A stretch of DNA of 64,000 bases, taken from contig CP145423.1 in NCBI GenBank assembly GCA_036867785.1, forward strand, positions 682,001 to 746,000, in the 5' to 3' direction. Below the pieces are notes generated by a model. It had not been told where the DNA came from and made no database searches. It saw nothing but the letters and a program-made list of their open reading frames with translations. The DNA comes from Plasmodiophora brassicae (taxonomy: Eukaryota). How positions within the stretch are numbered: the stretch's first letter is position 1; the number at the start of each line of letters is the position of its first letter. Positions 1-10,249 of the stretch are shown here, piece after piece. A program made the translations under genes and the position numbers.

Positions 1-123
1 GGCCTAAATGTCCGCTGAAGTGACCTCCCCACCAGTCATGAGAGCACCCATCATCGGTCATTTGGACATTGGTCGACGCTGTAGAGTATGCCTGGCACCC
101 GGTCGCGCGGGCGTCACATCGTT

Positions 124-1236
124 ATGTCAGACGACGAACCCCCTTCCTCCTCAAGCGAGCGAACGGTCTCACCAGAGTCGACGACCAGCAGGGGCGCTGT
201 CGAGTCGACGACCAGGAAGGTCTCTGCGGTGTTGGCGGCGAAGAAGGGCAGCGCCGCATCGACTTCGAAGAAGCGCGTCGTATCGAAGAAGACCGGTGCC
301 GTGGTGTTGAAGACAAAGAAGGGCGCCGCCGCATCGGCAGCATCGAAGCGCGCTGCATCGAGCAAGGAGGGTGTCGCTTCGGTCCCGGAGAAACCGAACG
401 GCCAAACTGACCCGATCGTCGAAAGTGGCTCCGATGACGAGCAAAGTGAGCAAGAAACCGATGATTTACGGTGGTGACGCTTGAGGTCGTATTTTCCAGC
501 ATTTGTTTTAACTTGGCGTGGCATAGGTCACCCTCGATAGGGCATCCTAATCATGTGGGAGTTCGCAAGGACAACACGTCTTATACGCAGTACCAGCGCG
601 CGTGTCCTATGCCTGAACTCCCGTCTGCCCTACAGGCGTATCTACCCACGACCTGGCACCGGGCACATGAAAAACAACAAAGAAAAGATCTCGTGGAGAA
701 GACGAAAGAGCTGTTTCATGGGTACGTCGCAGCGTCTTCACGCCAATGTCACTCTGAAGTCAGACCTGATTTGTATCTGATGCAGGCAATATAGCACGAA
801 TCAGGCTCTCCAGGCTGGCTCTGACAAAGCGAGGAATGTCGCGATTTACCAAGGGGTTTTAAACTTCTTCCGCAGTCAGGGCATTGCCGACAGTGACGCC
901 GTGCAATGGCCCTTCGACGAGACGAAGCGGAGTAAGTGCATGTACTGTCAGATCAACGACGTGTGCTTAATATGTGGTAATGTACCTGTAGTGATTAAGA
1001 ATTTTCTGGCCAACGCGAAGGCTGCCGCTGGCTTCAGCAGTAAGGAGCCAGGGGCAAAGCCTCGTTTTAAACGAGCGCCCAGCGGTATGATCACAGGAGA
1101 CGGGCCCGAATTCCGGTTCTTGGAGCGCTTGTGGTCCCGAATGGCAGACATTCCGGACTCCCATCCGGGATTGCAAAGCCAGGAAATGCTCGATCGGGCG
1201 ATTACAACGTTTCGAAATACGTTTCGGAATGCTTGA
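124..1236 (+). CDS. Spliced hypothetical protein gene; exons ~124-470 (or 473), 527-721, 786-931, 992-1236; Lys/Ser/Ala-rich N-terminus followed by an acidic patch
   Basis: Three short GT..AG introns (471/474-526, 722-785 GTACGT..TGCAG, 932-991 GTAAGT..TGTAG) join ORFs 88-477, 471-794 and 901-1236 in frame by my manual translation. No recognisable domain. Confidence 0.6.
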
Positions 1237-1268
1237 TCGATATAAAGCCGGCCACATTCTACGAGTAC

Positions 1269-1724
1269 GGATGCATGCAAACGGATGCAGGTAGCGCTGC
1301 AGGCGGATGCAGATAGGGCTGCAGGCGGATGCAGGTAGCGCTGCAGATGGATGCAGTTAGCGCTGCAGATGGATGCAGTTAGCGATGCAGACGGATGCAG
1401 GCTGTTGATGCAGACAGGATGCAGGTTGTTGATGCAGGCGGGATGCAGGTGGCGATGCAGGCGGGATGCAGGTGGCGATGCAGACGGCTGCAGGTGGTGA
1501 TGCAGACGGATGCAGGTGGTGATGCAGACGGATGCAGGTGGTGATGCAGACGGATGCAGGTGGCGATGCAGACGGCTGCAGGTGGAGATGCAGACGGCTG
1601 CAGGTGGCGATGCAGACGGCTGCAGGTGGCGATGCAGACGGCTGCAGGTGGCGATGCAGACGGCTGCAGGTGGCGATGCAGATGGATGCAGGTGGTGATG
1701 CAGGCGGATGCAGGTGGTGATGCA
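1269..1724. repeat. Minisatellite with a ~22-bp unit (GATGCAGACGGCTGCAGGTGGC) built from 11-bp subunits
   Basis: Direct reading of tandem GATGCAG/CTGCAG-containing units; these generate spurious repetitive ORFs. Confidence 0.95.
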
Positions 1725-2139
1725 AAAATGACTGCAGGGGTGCTGCATCCGCCTGCATCACCACCTGCAGTCATTTTTGCATCCGATTTGACGCCAGTGC
1801 TTCGACGTCGAATTGGCCTAGAACGTGATACAACGTGTTCCGCGGCTGTATGCTTACATACGGTTTTACAATCACGTCAAGTGTGACATGAACACGATCA
1901 TCTCCTTCGAGGATCTCATTGGCGGTTGTTCCACTATCCCCAGGTCCAGACGACGCCATCGCTGGTCGAACAGCTGGCAACCTGAGCGCGCTGATCGCAG
2001 GCTGACGTACGGAGTTTTGTGATGATCCGGAGCGATCCTGACCAGTCATCGCCAAAAAATGCCGTCGCGATACTTGGATCCACGGCTGTCAACTGACGCA
2101 GACAATTTCATTTTGGATGAAAACGACCAATAATGGAGT

Positions 2140-3004
2140 GAAGTGTATTGCGCTGTTCCGTCCATCTTGATACCGACAACGTCTCCATATCCTCGGTTCG
2201 TGAAGAACATGGCCGCGAGTGGCGCCCATGTCGCGAACGCGTCCTGCGTGCCGTCGAACTTCGGGAACTGCGGCCGACCGGCGTCTGCACGACCAGACGT
2301 GTTGACGATCGGTGCATGGAGCGGAGCGGTCGACGCGGTTGGCGATGCCGTTTGCGGTGGCGGCGGCGGCGTCGGCGTGTCGGGCTGAGCCATCTGCAGC
2401 TGCATCGACCGGATCATGGCGATCTTCCTGGGCCGGTCAAGGGCGGCCTTGGTCTCTGCCAACATGGTGTCGAGATCTTGATCGGTCATGTCCATGTAGT
2501 CGTCATCGGGTGTCAGCGCCGACTGGCCCTCGGCCATGACGCGGAGCGCAAGTGGTCAGCGCTTTCGACTGTTAATCTGTGAGAGACAATAACGAAGTGT
2601 ATTGCGTACCGTGCTACATGCGTGACACCGGCACGGTGGACGTTACAGTGGCGGGCATGCCGCCGGCGAGGTAACGGCGCCTGCCAACGATGTGGACTGT
2701 AGACCGGACCGCCAACTAGGCCACGAGAGCATCTCACCGACGGGAGTTCGAGCCTCCTCGAAGTCCGCCGTGGACGGAGAGTTTTGGGGAGGATGTGTAG
2801 ATAGTACGGACGCGCCAGGCACGAGAGCAGGTCTGCGAGTCGTCTACAACGGTAGGCGGCGGACATCGCTCGACATCGAGGGGCTTGAGCTTCCTCGGTG
2901 AGATGTTTTGTAGACCGGACCGCCAACTAGGGGAGTTTTGGAGTGCGCGGCGGCGTTGGCGTGCTGCAGGGATGTGCTGCTGGTCGTGGACAAGTTGTTC
3001 GACA
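2140..3004 (-). mobile_element. Truncated, diverged Ty1/Copia: 5' LTR 2578-3004 (interrupted at 2698-2931), PBS 2567-2577, gag N-terminus from 2537
   Basis: MAEGQ...AGRPQFPKFDGT...NRGYGDVVGI aligns with the Copia gag at 21173. It has the same GATTAACAGTC PBS, and the LTR resembles 50991-51179. Confidence 0.85.
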
Positions 3005-4013
3005 GATACGAGGATGATCATGATCATGGTCCTGAGCAATTGTGGGCCCGGTTCTCAAATCATTGGGACCATTGCAACTGGTGTTCATGCAAGTCATGGA
3101 ATCAGTCAACCTGGTTGTTATGCGATCATGCAACTACGGTGTATGGCGCTCCTCTGAGAGGCCATCACGTTATTCGATGTGTAGAGCGGGGCTCTATTTA
3201 TAGCGTCTCGTTCCCTACATCAACGTGCTGCCACCTGACGGTCCTGGAACTATAGCACGATGACGTGGCGAGGCTGACGTCGTCGTGACGATGCGATCGA
3301 TAAACGTGATTCTGTTTTCCGTGTCATCGTTTGACGTCAAGAGTCTGCAGACACTGGACTACAGATGGGTAGTCACACAGGTGGCCTCATCAATATCGTT
3401 GTGTCACGGGACATTCGGCAGCATCCGTTAAGTCACTCGTCACCGCAGATTTGACTCTGGTCAGGGCGTTCTGACTATCGAGACTCTGTTGCGCTGGGGG
3501 CCCACGCACCTGTGTCGGCCGCTGAGCTAGGTGAATGATATTTTTCGGGTGTATATGGACCGGGCTCCACCCATCTGGGTCGAGCGCCCCATCGCCGATG
3601 TCTTCGTCATTTCTATCTCCATCTCGGCTAGTTCATGACGGTGGCTGTGGCAAGGGTGTCCGTAAATGGATTTTCCACAATTTTTTCCCATGGGGTTACA
3701 AGGTGGTTTTTAGTGAGTATTGGGTGATTCCGAGTCTCACACTACCCTTCGCCGTCTTCTCTATCTTCGCCGGGCACGATGATGATGTACTGGTTCCGGG
3801 CACGAGTTCGGAGAAAGGCAGTGTAGAGCGTGGCTCTATTTTTAGCGTCTCGTGCCCGACCCCAAGTTGCCCCTGTCCTGAGGAAAAGGGGGTCCTGCTG
3901 TCCAGAGGAAAAGGGGGCCTGCAAGGATTTAGCTCCATTGTGATGGCAGGGCCGACGCCGTGGATGGGATGGATGATAAAGCTCATTGGGATATTGGCTC
4001 GAGACTGACTACA
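3005..4013 (+). mobile_element. Gypsy family A 3' UTR, polypurine tract (PPT) and 3' LTR (3822-4013, A1 type)
   Basis: Homologous to 40790-41385. PPT GGAGAAAGGCAG precedes TGTAGAGC...GACTACA, which is a near-identical inverted copy of 16694-16885. Confidence 0.85.
3180..3363 (+). mobile_element. Solo LTR, Gypsy family A (A2 type), 4-bp TSD GATG
   Basis: TG...CA termini; matches LTR 34625-34834 with an internal deletion; GATG at 3176-3179 and 3364-3367. Confidence 0.9.
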
Positions 4014-6151
4014 GTGCCAGTGCCTCCAGCGAGACACATGATGGCGATGATGGTCGAATGCGCTTGAGCTCCTCGTTGGCAATATCGAGCCGCTCTTGCA
4101 GCGGTCGTACTATGCTTGCGTAGCCAGGTACATGGGTACGCATCCAGTTGGCCGCCCACAGAAACTGCTGCAGGTCCTTAGCGGTCTTCGGGCGTGGCAT
4201 GCTGGTCAGCGCCTCGATCCGTTTTGGATCATGCTGAACCCCATCTCGCGAGTATATCCTGCCGCACCACTTCAACTCGCGAGCGAACAACGTGCACTTG
4301 TTCGGGTTCAGCTTCAGGTTGCGCTCGCGACACCGCTCCAGCACCCGTGTCAGTTGATGAAGAAGATCTTCCTCCGACTTCGCGAATCCAAGTATGTCGT
4401 CAATCCAGATGAGCAAATTCTCCTTCATGTCGTCGAAGATAGCTGCCATTCGGGCATGGAACTGAACCGCCGAATTCATTCCTCCTTGAATGCTCCTCGT
4501 AGGCGTGAATACAGCGTCGTCCGTCATGAAGCTGAAGATTTCCTGACACTCCTTGGCCAAAGGCATCAGCCAGAAGCCCTTGAAAGCGTCAATCGTGAAG
4601 AAACAGGTCATGCCGGAGAGCTTGCGCGTAACAGACTCAACATTCGGCATCGGCCATGCTGTGGGAACACACCGTGCGTTCACCTGACGAAGGTCGACAC
4701 ATAGACGATAGCCATCGCCTTTGGGTTTCTTGACGACTAGGACTGGACTTGCCCATCGCGAGTTCATGTTCATGTAGACAAGACCGTTCTCCTTCAGCAT
4801 ACAGATCATGTCGTCTAGGAACTCCTTCTGCTTTGGATTGTAGAACCGAGGCTTGCACCGGTACGGAGTAGCGTCCTGCTTGAGTTGTGTTACCATCGGT
4901 TCGACATCGACAGGCTTATCTTGACCCAGACGCGTGCGGAATTCGTTCAGATGTCGTCGCAAGATCAGTCGTAGCTTAGCAACTCCTTGACGAGACATGC
5001 CGTTGAGACGTGCTTATTGTACCATCCGGTTACAGGAAGCTTCGATCTCGTGAGCATAGATCGGTCCCAAGTCAACTTCACTTGATGATGGTTCCATAGA
5101 GTCCAACTCTGGTACTGGGTAGTGATCTCCTCGTAACGATGCCATTCTCGCGGCAATTCGCCTCACGGTCTCGATACAATCGACATCGACTGCGGCACAT
5201 CCTGAGAGCGTATCCATCTCGGTGCATCCTGACGCGATGATGTTCTCGAGTTGCTGACGCGGATTGATGCCGAGAGTCGATAGCAGATTGTCACCGAACA
5301 AGATCACAGGAATCGTATCGCAGACGTAGTAGGTCACATGATACAGCGTCAAATTGCCAACTTCGGTCTCCAGGATCGTGACTGGAACTTGCACCGTTCG
5401 CGTTATCGTTCCGATAACTTTGCCTTCTGCTGAGGTGACGTCTCGTTGCTGAACGTCGCGGAATGTTGCCTCTTTCAACTGGACAGCGATGTGGCCAGGC
5501 ATGTTGCCCCCACGGCAGCCGGAATCCAACTCGTACGGAACACGTATGCCTTCCAGCACTACGCGTTGAAGATCATCGGCAGTCTCAGCTTATCCCCGGA
5601 TAGACTGAATGTGGTCCCTCATAGTCAGCAGACTGGTGTCCATCGACAGCTCATTCGCAATTTCGGCCTCAATGTCCTCACTCGTCAGGCCATGACTCAC
5701 GGGAAGCTTCTTGATGCGCGTTTCGGTCCATCCTTCCAGGTTGTCATCTGTCATCAGGTCGACATTGTTCAGGAACAGGTGTGACGTCCCAACGGTGATG
5801 GTATATCAGCCGTGTAGTATAATCGTCTGTCCCCGACCTGCAGCTCCCACGGACGCCGTGCGGACTCCGTGCGCACTCCGTGCATGTCCGTCATTCTTAG
5901 GGCGGCCTAGCCGGATCACAGCTATTCTTGTCTTATAGCTTGGAGCCGGCACATTCCCCTCCTTCAAAGAAATGCTCCTCCTTGCAGGTGTCTTCAGTGG
6001 TGGTGTATCCTAATCATGTCTTCTCCTTAATATAGTCTAATTAACATAATTAAGTCTCAATCTTCGTAGAACACAGTTTTGGCTTCTGTCGTCACATGGC
6101 CGTCGGCATTAAAATAACCCAGCGCGCATCCGGGAAAAAAGCATGACTAGC

Positions 6152-9100
6152 CTACTGGACTCCTTCCGCCTTAAGTAACTCCTTAACCTCATCAGCAAGG
6201 TGATGTTTCTCCTTCCTCATCCTGGCGGCATGGGCCTTCACCAGCTTCGGTACATCCATCGCCAACCTGCAGATTGGCTCCCATGAATCCTCCGCTTCAG
6301 AGAAACCCTTCCATCCGATCAACAATTCCAATTCCCCTGTCTCCGGACTGTGCCTGCAGTCCTTGAAGACTTCAATGGCGAAACGCTCATTGTCATAATC
6401 CATCTGTCGCTTCAGTTCCTCAGTGGCATTCACTTTGCCATGTTCATAGAGGCGAACGCGGTCCCCGTGAACGGTTCGAGTGTCCGTCTCATTGAACATA
6501 TTCCTCACCTCGTAGGTGTAGTTCTCGTGGCTATCAGTTATTTGATATAGGCCCCGCCACTTCATAAAGAGCTTCTTGCCCGGAACCTTACCCGGTTCAG
6601 GCAATCCGATGAGTACATAGTCACCGATCTGAAAGTTCGGTGCAGTTGCTCGTCGGTACGCGTCGCTCCTCTTCCTGTGTACGGCTCGGATTTTCTTCGA
6701 TTGCTGCACTGCTCCCTTGTGCATTTCATTCAGCGACGTCTGCAATTGCATGACTAGCTCCTGAATATGCTCCTTTGAGAGTGTAGCTTCCCCATACTTC
6801 TCATCCCCTGGCCTCTTGAACACTTGCTTCAGCGGGTTGTCTGGTGGACGTCCCATCATCACTGTCACTGGCGCATTCCCGTTGGTACGCGCCTGCGACC
6901 TGTGATTGATCGTGTGTTCAATGTTGTGGTTCAACCATGGCCAATCGTATTTGTCCCACTGCAATTCAGACAGAAGTGCTCTGACTAGTTGCAAGTAGTT
7001 CCTGTTGATCACCTCAATTGATCCATTACTGTAATGCCCATAGGCAACAGTCGGGTGATGAGCAAATCCACATCGACGCGCCAGTTCCTTCACAACGTTT
7101 GCCAGAAAGCAAGACGCCATGTCTGACACCATCAACCCAAACGTTCCGAAGATAGCCCTCCATTCGAGCAGTGCCTCTACAGTGGTTTCCGCATTGGGTG
7201 TATGGTCAGGAGTAATCTTGACCATGCCAGACAGATCATCCCTGATTATCAGGTTCCATTGCAGATCATGTCTTCCGCCCTTCTGAGCCGCCATCATGTA
7301 TAGCCAATCCAAGTGAATCACCTGATTCGGCCTAACACCATGAACAGCTGTTCCCAATGGCCTGGGAATCCTAACCCCGCCCCTTGTCGGTAGACAGTTC
7401 AAACACGCGTTGCAGAACGTCCTCATGTCCTCATCGCAGTGTGCCCAATGGCAGAACTCCCCCAACTTCCTCAACGAGGCCTTCAGTCCTAGATGCCCAC
7501 TGTTTCCGCCCGCATGAGCAATAGCGCATAGCTGCAGCTTCAGCTCGTTGCATTCGTCTGGTATGATCACCTGTCCCTTCCCTGTGACGAAGAGATCATC
7601 ACCATTCTTCGGTCGTTTCGTTCCTCTGAGCCATTTCCTCTGAGCCTTACGGATTTCGTCCACGGTCGGCCATTGGAATTCCTTCCTTTGTAACGGCCGT
7701 ACCCGATATCCGTCCTCAATTTGAAGCGTTATCCTCCTGATCGTGCGTACCTCTAGGTGCTGGTCATCAGGCCCACCGTCCGGTGCACCCCACCGCGTCA
7801 TAAGATCCGACCACACATTGTCCTCCCCCGCAATGTGTTCAATGACGTAGTTGACCCTCTGTATGTCCAGTGCCCATCGTTGCAGTTTCTGCGCCGTTGG
7901 CTTTGACACGTCCGTTGGTGAGAATATCCTCACGAGATTCCTATGATCGGTAAACAAACGAAACTGCTCGTTGGTTGTAACGAGATAGTCCAGTTTGTCA
8001 ATCCCATCCTTGATCGCGAACCCTTCCTTCTCCACCGTGGACCAGTTCCGCTCTGGGCCCGCGAACTTGTGTCCGACGAAACCCAGCGGTTCATGTCGCT
8101 GCCCATGCACTGGTTTACCCAAGTCCTCAGGCGGAATCTGTGTGACTACCGCCGCGCTGTTAACCTCATTTGCATCTGAGAATAGGCATTGGATCCGGTC
8201 CTTTCGCGGGTACGCTAGTTGGACCGTGTCCGCCACTGCCATCTTCAGTTTCTCGAATGCCAGCGCATGTTCGGGTGACCATCCATATTTGCACAATCGC
8301 ACCCTCCTGGCAATGGCTTTCGTCCTGCCAGGTTGGTCCTTCATTGCATCCTCGTATATCCTCTGTAACAGGTGTACCTTCCTGTTGTACTCAGGGATGG
8401 ACCTACTCATCCACTGAGTTGCCATAAGGAATTGTTGCAAGTCCCTTGCCGTTCTCGGCTGTGGTATCGCCATTAAAGCCTCAATCCTAGCAGGATCGTG
8501 CCTTACCCCTTCTGGCGTGAATATCCTTCCACAGAACCGAACCTCTGTTGTGAAGAGCTCACACTTCTCCACGTTGAACTTGATGCTGTGCCGTTCGGCT
8601 AGCATCAGAGTCCGTTCCAACGTTCGGAACCAATCATCCTCCCTTTGGGCATGCCCCATTAGATCATCGATCCATATGATTAGTTTGTGGAACATAAGTT
8701 CCCCGAACACCTCAAACATCCTCCCTTGATACTGAGGGGCGGAGTTCATTCCCCCCTGCATCGACCTCGTTGGCTTATACACCCCCTTATCTGTCATGAA
8801 GGAGAAGATCTCCTGACACGCTTCATCCAGCGGCATCATCCAGAAGCCTTTGAACGCGTCTAGCTTAAACCAGAACCTCGAGCCTGCCAGGTTCCTCAGT
8901 ATCGCCTCCTGATGTGGCATAGGCCACGCCACGGCGACACATTTGGCATTAACAGCTCTGAGATCAACACAGAACCGCTTTCCGCCCCCTGGCTTCGTCA
9001 CCACCACCACCGGTGAAGCCCACTTCGCGTTGTAGTTTTCAACGACTAGGCCATACTTCTTCAATTGGGCGACGAATTCCTCCATGAAAGCACTGTCCTC

Positions 9101-10249
9101 CATACTGTACTTTCTGGCTCGGCACCTGTAAGGTTCCGCATCCGGTTTCAGCTCCGTGACAAATGGTGTAACCCTGGCTGGACCATCAGGTCCAATGCTC
9201 ATACGCCAAACGTCCCTATATCTTCTGACGAGTTTCCGAAGCGATTTCCCCATCGCTTGCGGTAGGCCATTCCTCAATGCGCGCTCGACCATCCCGTCCA
9301 TCTCCCTTTCCAGGGAGTCTGTGGAATCGGTTCCGATCCTCACATCCTCTGTTTCCTCTTCCTCCCCTTCCCAGAGAGGTGGCATCTCGTTTGCCATATT
9401 GTGCACTTCATCCATGACGTCATTCCCCTTCTTCGGCGTGCTCTTAATGAGTACGTCCAGGGCCTTCTTTGGGCGGATACCCAAGTCGTCCAACAGCCTC
9501 TCCCCTAGGATTATTTCCTTTTCAGGAATGTCCCATACAAGGCATCGGCGCCGGCGAGTGATCAGTTCGCCTGCCGTCGTCGTCAGTCCCAGATCCAGTA
9601 TCATCACATGGTAGGCTGTGTGCTTCGTTTCTCTGTCTACCAGACAGAACGTTTCCGGCTTCTGGAGGTTCTCCATTGTTAACAATGGGTCCCGCTCCAT
9701 TAGCTCGCGCGCTATGGTCAATGGCATCAGAACGTCAACCGATGTCGCTCCACTGTCCAGAACCCCAACGTAGTCTTCCTCATGTCCGTTTACACGAACG
9801 ACTACTTGGTCCCCTGTCCTCTGCGCCCCCTCCGACACTCTTCCTACCACTGGAAGCCATGGGTACTCTGACAAGTCGTCATCTTTATCAGATTTGGCCT
9901 TACGGGGTCCATCCCTTCCCGTTGGCCCCTTGCGGCGATCCTTCAGCAGGTCTGCGACCTGCTTCTTGGTAGGCTTCTTCGGGCAACGAAACGCTGGATG
10001 TCCAACCTCGTCACAGTTGAAACATCGCAGGTCCTTCCGGTGTCGTTTCGTGTCCCGGCCTCCATCGCCTCCCTCATCCGTCTGCGCCCCTCGCTTCCTC
10101 GGGGTGGGTTTGACCTTTCCCTTCCCCTTGCCATCCTCACGTCCCGGCTCCATGTACAACATCGTCTCCTCATACGATGCAGCTCGTTCCTTCAGCACCC
10201 GATAGAATTCCAAAGGGTCCTTCTGGAGATCGGTCTGGCGCTTCATGAC
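6152..10249 (-). CDS. pol: Element E gag-pol, C-terminal part: CCHC knuckle, LDSG protease, WIDD RT, RNase H, HHCC/DDE integrase, chromodomain
   Basis: CFNCDEVGHPAFRC, VLDSGAT, IIWIDDLMG, FTDHRNL, LIGWKGFSEAEDSWEP. It continues in frame from the gag part at 16160-15591. Confidence 0.9.
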   Translation of the reverse strand, partial: VMKRQTDLQKDPLEFYRVLKERAASYEETMLYMEPGREDGKGKGKVKPTPRKRGAQTDEGGDGGRDTKRHRKDLRCFNCDEVGHPAFRCPKKPTKKQVADLLKDRRKGPTGRDGPRKAKSDKDDDLSEYPWLPVVGRVSEGAQRTGDQVVVRVNGHEEDYVGVLDSGATSVDVLMPLTIARELMERDPLLTMENLQKPETFCLVDRETKHTAYHVMILDLGLTTTAGELITRRRRCLVWDIPEKEIILGERLLDDLGIRPKKALDVLIKSTPKKGNDVMDEVHNMANEMPPLWEGEEEETEDVRIGTDSTDSLEREMDGMVERALRNGLPQAMGKSLRKLVRRYRDVWRMSIGPDGPARVTPFVTELKPDAEPYRCRARKYSMEDSAFMEEFVAQLKKYGLVVENYNAKWASPVVVVTKPGGGKRFCVDLRAVNAKCVAVAWPMPHQEAILRNLAGSRFWFKLDAFKGFWMMPLDEACQEIFSFMTDKGVYKPTRSMQGGMNSAPQYQGRMFEVFGELMFHKLIIWIDDLMGHAQREDDWFRTLERTLMLAERHSIKFNVEKCELFTTEVRFCGRIFTPEGVRHDPARIEALMAIPQPRTARDLQQFLMATQWMSRSIPEYNRKVHLLQRIYEDAMKDQPGRTKAIARRVRLCKYGWSPEHALAFEKLKMAVADTVQLAYPRKDRIQCLFSDANEVNSAAVVTQIPPEDLGKPVHGQRHEPLGFVGHKFAGPERNWSTVEKEGFAIKDGIDKLDYLVTTNEQFRLFTDHRNLVRIFSPTDVSKPTAQKLQRWALDIQRVNYVIEHIAGEDNVWSDLMTRWGAPDGGPDDQHLEVRTIRRITLQIEDGYRVRPLQRKEFQWPTVDEIRKAQRKWLRGTKRPKNGDDLFVTGKGQVIIPDECNELKLQLCAIAHAGGNSGHLGLKASLRKLGEFCHWAHCDEDMRTFCNACLNCLPTRGGVRIPRPLGTAVHGVRPNQVIHLDWLYMMAAQKGGRHDLQWNLIIRDDLSGMVKITPDHTPNAETTVEALLEWRAIFGTFGLMVSDMASCFLANVVKELARRCGFAHHPTVAYGHYSNGSIEVINRNYLQLVRALLSELQWDKYDWPWLNHNIEHTINHRSQARTNGNAPVTVMMGRPPDNPLKQVFKRPGDEKYGEATLSKEHIQELVMQLQTSLNEMHKGAVQQSKKIRAVHRKRSDAYRRATAPNFQIGDYVLIGLPEPGKVPGKKLFMKWRGLYQITDSHENYTYEVRNMFNETDTRTVHGDRVRLYEHGKVNATEELKRQMDYDNERFAIEVFKDCRHSPETGELELLIGWKGFSEAEDSWEPICRLAMDVPKLVKAHAARMRKEKHHLADEVKELLKAEGVQ

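Noticed and set aside
948-1886. Repetitive Cys/His- or Gly/Ala-rich ORFs on both strands
   Set aside because: They are translations of the 22-bp minisatellite, open in several frames.
1790-2140. Possible exon or ORF (1825-2022)
   Set aside because: It is short, has no recognisable motif and no supportable splice model.
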